From Takakia lepidozioides (Eukaryota > Plantae > Bryophyta): a stretch of 64,000 nt of DNA. The notes beneath the pieces are model-generated. The model made no database searches. It was not told where the DNA came from and saw only the letters and a list, made by a program, of their open reading frames with translations. A program made the position numbers and the translations under genes. Of this stretch, positions 25,601-37,174 are shown piece by piece. The DNA lies in NCBI GenBank assembly GCA_030704615.1, contig CM060731.1, forward strand, positions 59,334,001 through 59,398,000, written 5' to 3'. Position 1 is the first letter of the stretch; each line of letters opens with the position of its first letter.

Positions 25601-28362
25601 CCTTGCCCTTGGGTTGATGCAACTCTCGTGCATTCCCTTGCAGCAAGACATTGCAGATGCAGGGGAGCGTGGCAAACTGGAATACTACAGGTCAACCCCT
25701 GAGGAGAGAAGGACAACAAAGGGGGTTGAGGGTCACATCCAGAAAGAGATGACCGCTACAAGAAGGACTATAATGAGTGCTTTTGTGAAGCAGTTGAGAA
25801 TTTCCGACCCATCATTCGGATCGCAGTTTCTCCTGGAGATAAAAAAACCATTATAACAAGCCAGGCAAGCCAGAGATGGCCCAGGAGAAGTTGCACAGGT
25901 TGTCTACCGCCGTTGTGTCTTCAGAACAGAAGGTGAAGTGGCTACAGATATGGAACTCCGATCCCACAGTTAGGGATACCCACATGTTCCCCAGGCCGGA
26001 GAAAGAGAAGAAGACCCAGCGTGTCATTCTTGTCAGTGACAATGTGCTGGACACATGGCTTCACAAGGCCACTTACTGGAGCCAGGTGTGATGTCCTTTC
26101 TTGTGTCACTTTCTTTTCTCTTTTCCTGTCCTTCTCTTTCCATTGCCTCTCACATTCGCTGTGATTGTTTTTGGGTTCATTCTGCATTTGAATTGTTTTG
26201 CAGTTGGAAGAAAGGGCATGGTCGGTTCTGCATACTCAGCTGGCTGACTATGGCATCACTATGACAGCACCGAAGGTCTCCTTCGAAGCATACATGAGGA
26301 AATGGAGAGCCACAGTGTCGCACTCTTGTTTCTTTAGAGAGTTCAGCAAGGAGGGTGGCATCAGTCGAACACATGACCTTGACCAGCAAGAAAAAAGAAA
26401 GGAAGCCTGGAAACGATGCCTTTACAGGTGCACACCCTGGGCCGTTCAGGCTACTAAGTGTGCTGTGGTTGCAATGTACTGTGACGCATATAGTTTAAGG
26501 GGGTCTTCCTGGTGTGATGGAAAAGCTGAGAGACAATAATTGCATTGCATAATGAGGCTCTCTGTTCCTGCATGTACATAAAGTTTGTTCTCATGGAAGA
26601 GAATTGCTTAGACAAACATCCAGATTTCGTGGACCTTTGGCTTGTCCCTGCTGGCAACCAGACCATGTTTACTACTGGGATCTTGCATGACTGGGGCCTA
26701 GACCATCTTTCTTCTTGTGGTTGGTATTTGGATTGCCCTCCTTCTGAGACCCCAGCTCCGGAGGTGTCTTTGAGGAGAGAGAATGAGCGTATTGCAGCCA
26801 CTGCCGCAGCAGCCGACCTCGACATTCATGAACGAAATTTGAGGACTCTTGCAGAGAAGGAGCCTCCCGCTCAGGATACCCCGGGTAGAGGTAGAAAGAC
26901 AAAGGGAAAAGATGTTGCTGGTGTTGTGGGGAAAGGAAGGGGTAGAGGGAAGGTGGCACAAGGGCAGGGAAGTGTTGCAGATATTGGCCAAGTGGTGCAT
27001 GTCCAGCAGACTCCACCACATGGTAGGGGATCCGTGAGAAAGAACAAGGGGGTGGTTGATCCCAAGGACCCGTACCATGCAGTGGAACATCCCACGAGGG
27101 TCATTCACCCTACCAGGTTGGAGATGGCCAACGTCGGATTCCTTGCCATGATGGAGTCCAAGAAATCTGATTACAAGGGCGAGCCATCACCAGTGTGGGA
27201 GAGGATTGTGGAGTTCCTCGGCACGATGCGTGTTCTCTTTTGCTTCTTCTCTGCTGTGGGCATGGATCGTTTCAATCCTCTTGAGTATTCCATTGTAATT
27301 TTGTTTGCAGGCTAAAATGACCAAATCCTGGGTGAACGGGAAGGAGAAGCAATATGCAGCCGAACTCATAATCTTGGACATCCCTGATGGGTTGGCAGTC
27401 CCGGATGTCCCTCCATCGGGTGCTTGTCCGGGTTGGAATGCTTTTGATGAGCGCTACTGGCGGTGGGTTTTCTCCTTTTGCAATTTTTTCCTGTCCGATG
27501 CAGGTGTTTTGGTGCTCATACAGTCCACCAACGTTCGCTGTCGACGTGCACTTGCCAGCTATTTGAAAGCCTCGGGCATGAGAGTCGTGAAGAAATGGAA
27601 TTGTGTGAACAACATGTACCTTACGAAGGGGGATCGTCCGGGAGAGATGGTAAATTTGCCTTCTTCTTCCTCTTCTTGGTGGTTCTCGGATGGAGTTGTA
27701 TAGGTCGTTCGAACTCATATGTAGGGGCCTGATTTTTGAAGCTTCTTAGTTCCTTGTGGATGTGCTGTTCGCAGACTCGTTTGTTTGAAGCTGTTTGTCT
27801 CGTCCGAGTGCATCCACCAACGACTCCGGCCGGCATTGCGGAGTTCGCCATCACTCATGGGGGCAAGTTCATAGACGACAGGACATTTCCTCCCACGGAT
27901 GACATGCACCACAACTACGTCGACAACAACATTTGCTTGCGAAGGGGGAATGGGGTTCCTTGGAGAGGGGCGAGGGAGAGGAGCCCGGCTTTCATTCAAA
28001 CGATTGTGGAGTGTTGCACCTACACAGACGCCAGAGTTCTGGATTTGTCAATGGGCACAGGTTCGTCTCTTCAACATTCACATTTCATGAGGTTTGATTG
28101 AGCTTGCACTTTCAGCACTTCCCACCGTTCCAAATGTGTCTTCAATGTCTGCTTCCTTCATTCTATTCCACTGCGGGTGCTTTGTACCACGCTTGCAAGG
28201 CCAGTGCGCGACATCTCTTTGGGATTGAAGGGGATGCTGAGATTTACAAGAACCTCCTGATGGGTTTGGGTGGACACACTTATCAAGTCCTTCCGAAGCC
28301 CCGTCCCGCTGATATTGATACAAAGGAGACTTCCGACAAGGAGCTGGACTCCGACTTTGCCT
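22699..28362 (+). pseudogene. Multi-exon ParB/Srx-like domain plus beta-class N6-adenine/N4-cytosine DNA methyltransferase fusion
   Basis: Predicted exons: 22699-23004, 24648-25243, 25339-25531, 25644-26085, 26204-about 27230, 27311-27649, 27775-28060, 28177-28362. Motifs: ParB VWDGNHRLLAW (VWDGNHR at 25089-25109); motif IV-like LIILDIPDG (DIPD at 27377-27388); FLSDAGVLVL; motif X/I ERSPAFIQTIVECCTYTDARVLDLSMGT|GALYHACKASARHLFGIEGD. Lesions: frameshifts near 25845 and 26530, and acceptor AG>GG at 28175. Confidence 0.8.
23130..24530. repeat. Tandem array of 36-bp palindromes with 116-bp period
   Basis: GCTCAAACAGTGTGCGT(CA/TG)ACGCACACTGTTTGAGC at 23130, 23246, 23362 (half deleted), 23464, 23580, 23695, 23811, 23926, 24042, 24158, 24274, 24390, plus a degenerate copy at about 24495. 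Confidence 0.97.
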
Positions 28363-29711
28363 GTGAGTAAGTTCAACCTGTGGATGCTTGCATTGTTGTT
28401 TCAATATCAAGAATCACTGTTCTTGAGGCAAAGTTCACATGGCAGACATCCTTTTCGTTGGACTTGTGTATTGCATATTGTGTTCTGAATGGGTTTTTGT
28501 CGACATGTGCAGGAGTCCGCATGCTTCCACTTACCCTCCAGGGCTATCACACCTATTTGGACTTCTTTCCAGTCCTCCTCAGTCTTGCGTGCTACCTGTC
28601 TATGCGGAGGCACTCGCAGCAAGCATGACCGTTCATGGCACTCGGAGTCCACCCATCGACGGCCGTGGTAGAAGACGTGGTGTTGGGGCCAGAATCTTTG
28701 TGGATGACATAGCACAGGAGGTCGAGACTGATTCTGATGACTGTGACACTTGATATGAAGTTTTCTTTTGGTTTTATTCGGGGCCAAATTTGAAATGGGA
28801 TGGTTGTGTGTCCTTGTTGTCCTGTTTGCGATGTGTGCGTGGAATGCACATTAATGGGAACAAACTATTGTTGGAGATGGGGGTTGCATGGACTGCCCGG
28901 ATTGTTCCTTCAATCTATTTAGTGTTTTGTGGACCTCACAGACTTGAGTGCATTGCAAAAACAAACAAACGACTTTGGTTCGTGTACAACATTCTCGCAT
29001 CATTTGCTTGTTGGTCTCCAAACCAATCCTGCTAGAAGAATGGTTGGTGAATCCATCACGGTGAAGTCCACCTCATCAAAGAGCGTTCAGGCATTCTCAA
29101 ATCTAATAAGCATCCATGATGCTCCCGCACATACCTGGCATGTTCGCAAGGGTGGTGAGTAAGAAAAGATTTCGCAGGGATCCGCTTTAGATCATGTCAG
29201 TGTGCACCTCCTCACGACGTACCCTCATAAACTTGTGAGGGCTTAGTATGTTGATAACGTCTGCATGGATGCAATGGATACAATGGATGTAACATATCCA
29301 CTCTGCATTCCCGGGAAATGGCTGATCAACCCGCGGAAATAGGTGACACCCACGGAAATAGGCCCTGTATGTATGCTGACGTGGCGTGAGCCTGTGCTGG
29401 GCTCACGGTTTCCTGGGCTCACAAGCTCACGCCTCCAGGCTCACGGAATAGCACCCCCCGATTTGCGGCGATGTAATTTTCATTCAGTGCTGGGCGGCTG
29501 CTCACATTCAAATTCATAGGGGGCATTTGAAACTCGCGCTGAAAATTATGAATCATCTCTAATCTACGCAGCCCCCTCATGGATCGTGCACTGTAGTTAG
29601 GGAGATATGTGTATCGTGGATCAGTTTAGGCTTAGTGCAAACTTAAGATAGTTGCTAGTTTAGTTGCTAGGATTCAAATCAGAGGAGAGACGTGTGTTTG
29701 TTGCAGTACCC

Positions 29712-31261
29712 ATGGACCAAGAATTTAGGCCTTCCCAAGCTTTCTGATTGCTGCCAAACACTGAGGTAGTTGATGAGGGTGACAACACAGTAGAGATTGA
29801 CAGCCAAGCTAGTGACTCTGATCGTGCATACAATGAGCGTTGTGAACATGCAACAAATGAAGGCAGTCAAAGTGAAAATGAGAGTGATCAATATTATCAA
29901 TGGGGCCAAAGGCAGGATTCCAATGTTGAATTTCAAGTTGGTCATGGATCTACAGAAGAGTTTCCACCTGAAGTGGTGATCGAAACAACTACACATGCAA
30001 CAAAAGGACCATCAGATCCAGCTGATTTCAATGTGGAGGGTAATGAAGACGTTCATGCTAGGACGGGAGGGCGACCAAGAAGAGGACCGCGTCCACATAA
30101 AAACGGGAACTAGACTGATGTGCAGCTCCAAGAAACCATGGCAGCTGTTGATCGTGGGGACGACATCAAATCTGCGGCACGGATGTTTGGGGTACCTGCA
30201 ACTAGTCTACGAAACCATTGGTATGGAGTTACTACGACAAGGAAGAGAGGTAGCAAGGGAACGCTAGATGCCAAGGAGGAGGATGAACTAGTGAAGTATA
30301 TTGAAAAAATGCAAGATATTGGTCACCCATTGACACTGACCCAACTCCGTCTCAAGGTAGTAGAACTTACTCAAGAACGGCTCACACCTTTCACACAAGG
30401 GATCCCTCTTGAGAGTGGAAGGGCTAAGGGACTATGTCCTAAAAATGTTCAAACATTCTACGCTAACTTGACAGAAATGTACAACAAGCATAACTATGGG
30501 GTTGACAGGATCTGGAATTGCGACGAGTCAGGGGGCCAAGCTGGGCAAAATGGAGGTGCTGTTGTGCTTGCCAAGGTTGGTTCAAGAGCTGTCCATTCGA
30601 TAACGCCAGATCAACGAGAATGGTTGAGTGTCCTTACATGCATGAACGTTGCAGGAAGTTATATTCCGAATTACTACATTTTCAAAGGTAAAAGATTTCG
30701 TCGCAATTACATTCACAAATGCGAATCTGGTGCTACAATGGCAATGCAAAAGAAGGCATGGATGACAACAATATTATTTCACAAATGGATCTCTCATTTC
30801 TTGGAGTCAGCAAATGCAATGGGCAATGAGATCTCGGTCACAAATAGGCACTTGCTGATCTTGGATGGTCATAACTCGCATGTCACTATAGATGTTGTCA
30901 AACAAGCTACATTAGTAGGACTGGACGTGACTACTCTTCATTCCCACACTTCCCATGCACTCCAGCCTCTTGATGTGGTTGTGTTTAAGCCATTCAAGAC
31001 AACTTTCCGGAAGTACAGAGATGTATGGACCATGGCTCACAAGGGGAGAGGAGCTCTCAAGGAAGATCTGGCCCAATGGGTCTCACTCGCCTTGAAGAAG
31101 GGGCTAACCAACCACAACATTGCAAAGGGGTTCAAGACTACAGGCATTTGGCCACTCAATTCTGAAGCTATGGTGGGAAAGATGGGCCCATCTGAGTGTT
31201 TCTCAAACCAAACAGAAGAGCAGACAGGTCTGCACAGCATGCATCCTACCACTCCAGAACC
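29712..31261 (+). pseudogene. pogo-like transposase (HTH plus DDE_1), 5' part
   Basis: IKSAARMFGVPATSLRNH (HTH), IWNCDESG, LLILDGHNSH, TSHALQPLDVVVFKPFK; stop at 30111-30113; apparent deletion in the CENP-B-type HTH; interrupted by E3. Confidence 0.93.
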
Positions 31262-31914
31262 AGGGGATGCTATTCTGTGAGCAGATCCCGTGAGCAGAAA
31301 TCTGCTCACACTTCAGGATCTGCCCACCTATAACCGCGGACGCCTACTCGACTTAGAAGACCTATTACTGCGCATATTGGCCAGTATTACAAGCTCAGTT
31401 ATGGATGCTGCTGGGATGAATGAGGGATGAATGGCGGATGAATGTCTGTATGATGAATGAGACATGGATGAATGAAATAATACAAAGTTGTTTTGTAGTA
31501 GTAGCTCCGAAATCCCCCGAGCTCCGAAATCCTTTAAACCATGCTAGTCTTGCTTGCAAATCAATTGTGAAAGTGCAGTGTATATTGCCTCCACATTGCT
31601 TTGTGGATTGAGGAGGGGTTACTTGTCATTTTTCCAGATATCCAAGGTTGAGAGAAATGCTCACACCCAAATCTAAAGAAGGCAGAGAGGTGAGGAATTA
31701 AGATGTCGTTGACAACACCTTAATCCCCAGCACCTGCACACACACCGCCTTATCGTCGAGTGCAGCTATGGTGTGAGCCTAGCCGCGTGAGCCCAAGAGC
31801 TCGGCTCACGCTTTGCCCTCTAAGCGTGAGCCCAGGGGTTTAGTGGAGGAAGAAGCAGGCCCCATACCCGAGTCCTCTGTTTAGAGAGGGTCCTATTGTC
31901 GTGGAAGCAGTTAT

Positions 31915-33240
31915 AGCGCTTAAAAAAAGAGGTATAGAAAAAATGGAATGGTCATTGTGAAACTTACTGTGGCTTTCTTATTGAAGAAGAGGTGAAAAAA
32001 AAAGGCTGGGTGAGTCATCATGAATCTTATATAGGGATTCTTGCATGAACAAGAGGCAAGAAAAGTTTGGATGCTCATTGTCAAGCTATCTGACGTTTCC
32101 AATATTTCATCCATGGTGGATGGATGATGGATGGATGAAATATTGAAGGAGAGGTTAAAAATAATGAGGATGGGCAAGAACATGCCCCAAAATATGATCC
32201 CTCATTGTGAAACAGGCAATGGTTTTTGTTAATGTAGATGAGGTGAAAATTAAACAGATGGTCATCTTCAAGCTTATTTAGGCTTTATTTGTAAAGAAGA
32301 TGTGTAACAAAATGAGCGGTTTATTGTGGAACTTGTTCAGGTTTGTGTTATTGAAGATGAGTGGTCATTGTGATTGCTTATTTAGGGTGTGTTTGTGAAG
32401 AAGAGGTAAAAAAAAAAACATTGAGCTATCCTTGTGAAACTTGTTTAGGATTCTGTTATTGAAGAAGAGGTGAAAAAAAAAGTTAAGCTCTATCATTGTC
32501 AAACTTGTTCAAGTTTCTGTTATTGAAGAAGAGGTGAAAAAAGAAATCAGATGGTCATTATGAATGTTTATTTAGGGTTTGTTTGTGAAGAATAAATTGA
32601 GCTCTCATTCTCAAACTTGTTAAGGTTTCTGTTATTGAAGAAGAGGTGAAAAAAATATTAGATGGTCATCATGAATGCTTATTTAGGGTTTGTTTGTGAA
32701 GAAGAGGTGAAAAAAAAAACCAGATGGTCATCATGAATGCTTATTTAGGGAATAAATTAGGGATTGTTTGTGAAGAAGAGATGAAAAAAAAACTTGAGCT
32801 CTACCATTGTCAAACTTCTTCAGGTTTCTGTTATTGAAGAAGAGGTGAAAAAAATTGAGCTCTATCATTGTCAATCTTGTTCAGGTTTCTATTGATGAAA
32901 AAGAAGTGAATAAAAAATTAGATGTCATCATGAATAAATTAGGGTTTGTTTGTGAAGAAGAGGTGAAAAAAAAACTTGAGCTCTATCATTGTCAAACTTC
33001 TTCAGGTTTCTGTTTATTGAAGAAGAGGTGAAAAAAAAAACATATGGTCATCATGAATGCTTATTTAGGGTTTGTTTGTATAGAGGACGTGGAAAACAAA
33101 TGAGCTGTCATTGTGAAACTTGTTCAGGTGCCTGTTATTCAAGAAGAAGTGGAAAAAAAAACAGATGGTCATCATGAAGCTCATTTACGCAATGCTTCTG
33201 TAGAGGCCGTGAAAAAGTAAAATGAGCTTTCATACTGACA
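31915..33240. repeat. A-rich tandem repeat of about 60 bp with two alternating subtypes, inside E2
   Basis: GAAGAAGAGGTGAAAAAAA followed by either ..GATGGTCATCATGAATGCTTATTTAGGG.. or ..GAGCTCTATCATTGTCAAACTTGTTCAGG.. Confidence 0.85.
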
Positions 33241-33491
33241 TTTGTCCATGTTTGGCAGGCCCTCGAACAATTTTTTTTTTTTTTTTTTTTTTTTTTGGCC
33301 CGGGGCAATATTGGGGGTGGGGACAGAAGTGGACTCAATTTTAGAAGCTCGTTAACCAAACCCGATGAAAAAATAAACTATATTTCATAACGAGACATCG
33401 TCTGCTTGTCCAGATTTAAGAACTGTGTATACATGTTCTACAAACAAGGCAGCCCTTTCTGGCATTGCGAAAAATCGCAACATATGCAACA

Positions 33492-34030
33492 CTACTCGAT
33501 ATTGCCAATGTCTCGCTGCAAAAGTGTCCGTACCTCACCAGGACCTAGTGTCGCCTGGTGAATGATTTGGTCTCTTTTGGGATCACAATACATCCTGCGC
33601 AAAAAGATGTAGTAAAGATGCTTGCAGGGAATCCATTTCCCTCTCTTTCCTAGAGCTTCCTCACGCATGCACACGAAGTCGGGACAGGTATACCCCGGAA
33701 AATTTCCCACCGTCACCTGATAGGTCTTGTCGTGCAAAACAGACCCAGATGTGAAGTATAAACCCGTCCATACCCCAGGTGAAGGTACTTCCATAGTTCC
33801 TGTTACCCGAGCCTGAAGTAGTCTGGCCGATTCCACCTTCGCATCGTGATCAGGCCCCGAAGCCACCTCATGCACTGTTTTGCCATGCCTTCTTGTGGGA
33901 TGCGAAGTATCGTCTGGAAGAAGCACCATAGCAGCAAGGCCACCAAGAGTCGACGCCACAGATCGGTGCAGACGAAAGCCGGCGTCCTTCAACTTGCCCA
34001 TCTCTAGTTCCTCAATGATCATCCTGAAAT
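33492..34030 (-). pseudogene. C-terminal (SWIM) remnant of the E2 transposase
   Basis: YQVTVGNFPGYTCPDFVCMREEALGKRGKWIPCKHLYYIF; clearly homologous to, but diverged from, 18181..18894. Confidence 0.92.
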
Positions 34031-34044
34031 CATGATCATGAAAA

Positions 34045-34499
34045 AATTGAGTGTGTTGACGCACTCAGTTCTCGGGGGGGGGGGGGGGGGTTTGGTTTCC
34101 CCCAAAACCCGCCCGGTACCCGAGGTGAAAATCCGGACCCGCACCTGTCGTCGATGATCATGAAGAAATTGAGTGCGTTGACGCACTCAGTTCTCCCGGG
34201 GGGGGGGAGGAGAGGGAACCAATTTATTATTATTATTAATTTATTTGGTTATCATACAATCTGTCACGATGAGATGTCGCCGGGAGCTGGCAAGCTACTT
34301 GAAAGCCTCGGGGATGCGGATTATCAAGACCTAGAACTGTATCAACAGCCTATATCTGACAAAGGGGGATTGCCCAGGGCAGAAGGTGGGTTTCAAATAC
34401 TTCGTTTTTATGCCTTCTCTGTTGAAGTTCCACTGTACTGACTGTTATGAAGTCATGTTGTTCGCACTGCCTGAATTGAGTGCTTCAGCGCACTCAGTT
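34045..34499. repeat. E2 palindromes
   Basis: AATTGAGTG(C/T)GT-TG-ACGCACTCAGTT at 34045-34070 and 34167-34192; degenerate third copy at 34474-34499, inside a predicted MTase intron. Confidence 0.85.
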
Positions 34500-35175
34500 A
34501 TGGCGGTGCATGAGCAATGACTTTGAACCAGTTCCATCCAGAATGGGTCTGCACTCCCACCCAGATGTGCTATGAAACATTCCTCACTAATTATTGTCCT
34601 CTTCATCGCAGACCCGTCTATTTGAGGCCGTCTGTCTCGTGAGGGTACATCCACTGTCGACTTCCACCACAGTGGTGGAGTTCGAGCTTCGGATGATGTT
34701 TCATAAACGAGAGGTTCGATCATGTCGTCGACGACACGCACTACAACTATGTCGACTCCAACGTATGTTTGCGAAAGCCAAATAAAACGCCTTGGAGAGG
34801 GGCCTGTGAAAAAAACCCGGCTTTTATCCAAACGATCATTGAGAGTTGTTCTCGGCCAGGGGCCCGCATCATAGATCTCACTCTCGGCACATGTTTTTCT
34901 TCTTGCCTTTGTCATCGATTTCTTTTCTTCTGCACCTTCTTTACTCAATATTCTAAAACTCTAATTCCTTCAATTTGTCTCTTGCAGGCGCTTCTTACCA
35001 TGCTTGCAAGGCAGATGGCAGACACTTGTTTGATATGGAAGGAGATGGAGATATTTTCAGTGGCCTCCTCGCCGAGTTGCAAGGGCCCGCATCTACCTCC
35101 AATGTCAAGGATGTCACTGCGCAAATTGATATCCTCAACGGTGACGACAAAGACCTGGACAATGACTTTAATGTG
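34240..35175 (+). pseudogene. C-terminal remnant of the E2 methyltransferase
   Basis: ELASYLKASGMRIIKT*NCINSLYLTKGD | TRLFEAVCLVRVHP ... PWRGACEKNPAFIQTIIESCSRPGARIIDLTLGT | GASYHACKADGRHLFDMEGD; same intron positions as in E1. Confidence 0.88.
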
Positions 35176-36286
35176 AGTAAGTTCATTTTCTGTCTATTTG
35201 ATCCCTGTGTATATGCTCTGTCGCGTCCCCTTCTGTTGTCTGATTGTTACCCAAATGGTGCATTTCTGATTGCAGGAATGTGAACGCACTCCCGTGGCCC
35301 CTGTCTTCTATATACTTGAGGGACTTGTGCTGGAGCCCACCTCCTAATTATGTCCTTATCGATTAAGACATTGCTCGTGTGCAAGCAGCTGTGCTTTCTC
35401 CCCTACCTTTGCGTTGGAGTTCCAGGAAGACGCTCAGGCACCTCTTCATAGATGATAGTACAGCAGTTTCAGGTGGTAGCAGTACTTCTAGCAGTTCAGC
35501 AGATTCAGGTGGTAGCAGTAGCAGTGTTGATACCACCTACGGATGTACTTGAGGGCATTCATTTATGGAACATGAGGGGACACACTCTCCGTTTTCCGTT
35601 GCATCACCATTTCTCTTCCCACCATCCGTTGTAATGAGCACGGACTACAATGAAATTCACATCCCTGAATTGAAACATTCTCTCCCCCGCGTCCTGCGAA
35701 TTTGAAAGTGTTTTCATTCTAATCATTACTCTCAAATTCAACAGTGTGCATTCAATAAAAGTTTTTCAACAGAGATGAATATGTGCATAGTCCAGTAGAC
35801 AGTCATTCGACATATGCCATCACACCAATATTTGGTTGGATGGATGGAGGATGAATGTTTTTGGATGGATGAACCCCGATTGGATGTACACTGTGGATGA
35901 ATGTTGCATGCATGGATGGTCCCATGGATGATGTCAGTGCGCAGTATCATGCACAGGGCCGGGATGGCGAGTTTCACTGTCGGGGTTGAGGTGGGTCCCT
36001 AAGGCTAACAAGGGTTAGGGTTTCTGTTTGGGGTTGCAGGGTTAATATGGATAAAGACGTGTTTCTGCGGTAATGGATCCTCTTCCATGGAAATAGACGC
36101 CGCATCTTTCCCCAAAATCATGCCACGTGTCCTGGGCTCACGCCAGGCTCCTGGGCTCCCGTGGCTAGGCTCACACTCTAGCATCCCCCCCTTACCGCCA
36201 AGGCTTGTTCACCACGAGAGTTTTTGGGGTGAATTTTTTTGGGGTTTTTGATTTTTCCATGAATTGTCATATGCCAACTCGTACTG

Positions 36287-37174
36287 GGAATTAAGATGTC
36301 GTTGACGACACCTTAATCCCCAGCACCTGCACACACACCGCCTTACCGCCAAGGCTTGTTCGCCATCAGATTTTTGTGGGTTGAAATTTTTTGGGTGAAT
36401 TTTTTTGGGGTTTTTGGTTTTTCCATGAATTGTCATGTGCCAACTCGTACCAGGAATTAAGATGTCGTTGACGACACCTTAATCCCCAGCACCTGCACAC
36501 ACACCGCCTTACCGCCAAGGCTTGTTCGCCATCAAATTTTTTTGGGTTGAAATTTTTTGGGTGAATTTTTTTGGGGTTTTTGGTTTTTCCATGAATTGTC
36601 ATGTGCCAACTCGTACCGGGAATTAAGATGTCGTTGACAACACCTTAATCCCCAACACCTGCACACACACCGCCTTACCGCCAAGGCTGTTCGCCATCAG
36701 ATTTTTTTGGGTTGAAATTTTTTGGGTGAAATTTTTTGGGGTTTTTGGTTTTTCCATGAATTGTCATGTGCCAACTTGTACTGGGAATTAAGATGTCATT
36801 GATGACACCTTAATCTGGCACATTCGGGGGAAAATATATATATATTTTTTTGTTTTGTTTTTTGAAAACTTGTTGGAATTAAGATGGCGTTGACGACACC
36901 TTAATCTGGCACATTCGGGAAAAAATAAATAAATAAATAAAATAAATTGAAAACTTGCTGGGAATTAAGATGTCGTTGACGACACCTTAATCCCCACCAC
37001 CTGCACACACACCGCCTTACTGCCAAGGTTTCTTCGCCTTGAAAGTTTTTTGGGTTGAAATTTTTTTGGTTAAAGTTTTTGGGAAAAAAAATTCGGGGAT
37101 TTTGGTTTTTCCGTAAGCTGTCATGTGCCAACTCGTACTGGGAATTAAGATGTTGTTGACGACACCTTAATCCC
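36287..37174. repeat. E3 tandem array of 34-bp palindromes (main period 166 bp)
   Basis: GGAATTAAGATGTCGT-TG-ACGACACCTTAATCCC at 36287, 36453, 36619, 36784, 36875, 36961 and 37141; an eighth copy at 31694 is separated from these by the E2 insertion. Confidence 0.95.

Larger units (their letters stand above)
17794..29459. mobile_element. Mutator-like element E1 (11.7 kb) carrying a transposase, a ParB-MTase gene and a palindrome array
   Basis: Perfect 10-bp direct repeat GATTTGCGGC at 17784-17793 and 29460-29469 (9 bp if 17793 belongs to the element); ends rich in GTGAGC/GCTCAC motifs and homologous to the ends of E2 and E3. Confidence 0.92.
31758..36189. mobile_element. Internally deleted Mutator-like element E2 (4.4 kb) nested in E3
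   Basis: TSD CCTTATCGTC (31748-31757) / CCTTACCGCC (36190-36199), differing by two C>T changes; about 30-bp imperfect TIR GCTATGGTGTGAGCCTAGCCGCGTGAGCCC / GGGCTCCCGTGGCTAGGCTCACACTCTAGC; splits a repeat unit of E3. Confidence 0.88.

Noticed and set aside
24654-28362. Bacterial or phage contamination
   Set aside because: The gene has spliceosomal-type introns conserved in a second copy and lies within TSD-bounded plant transposons
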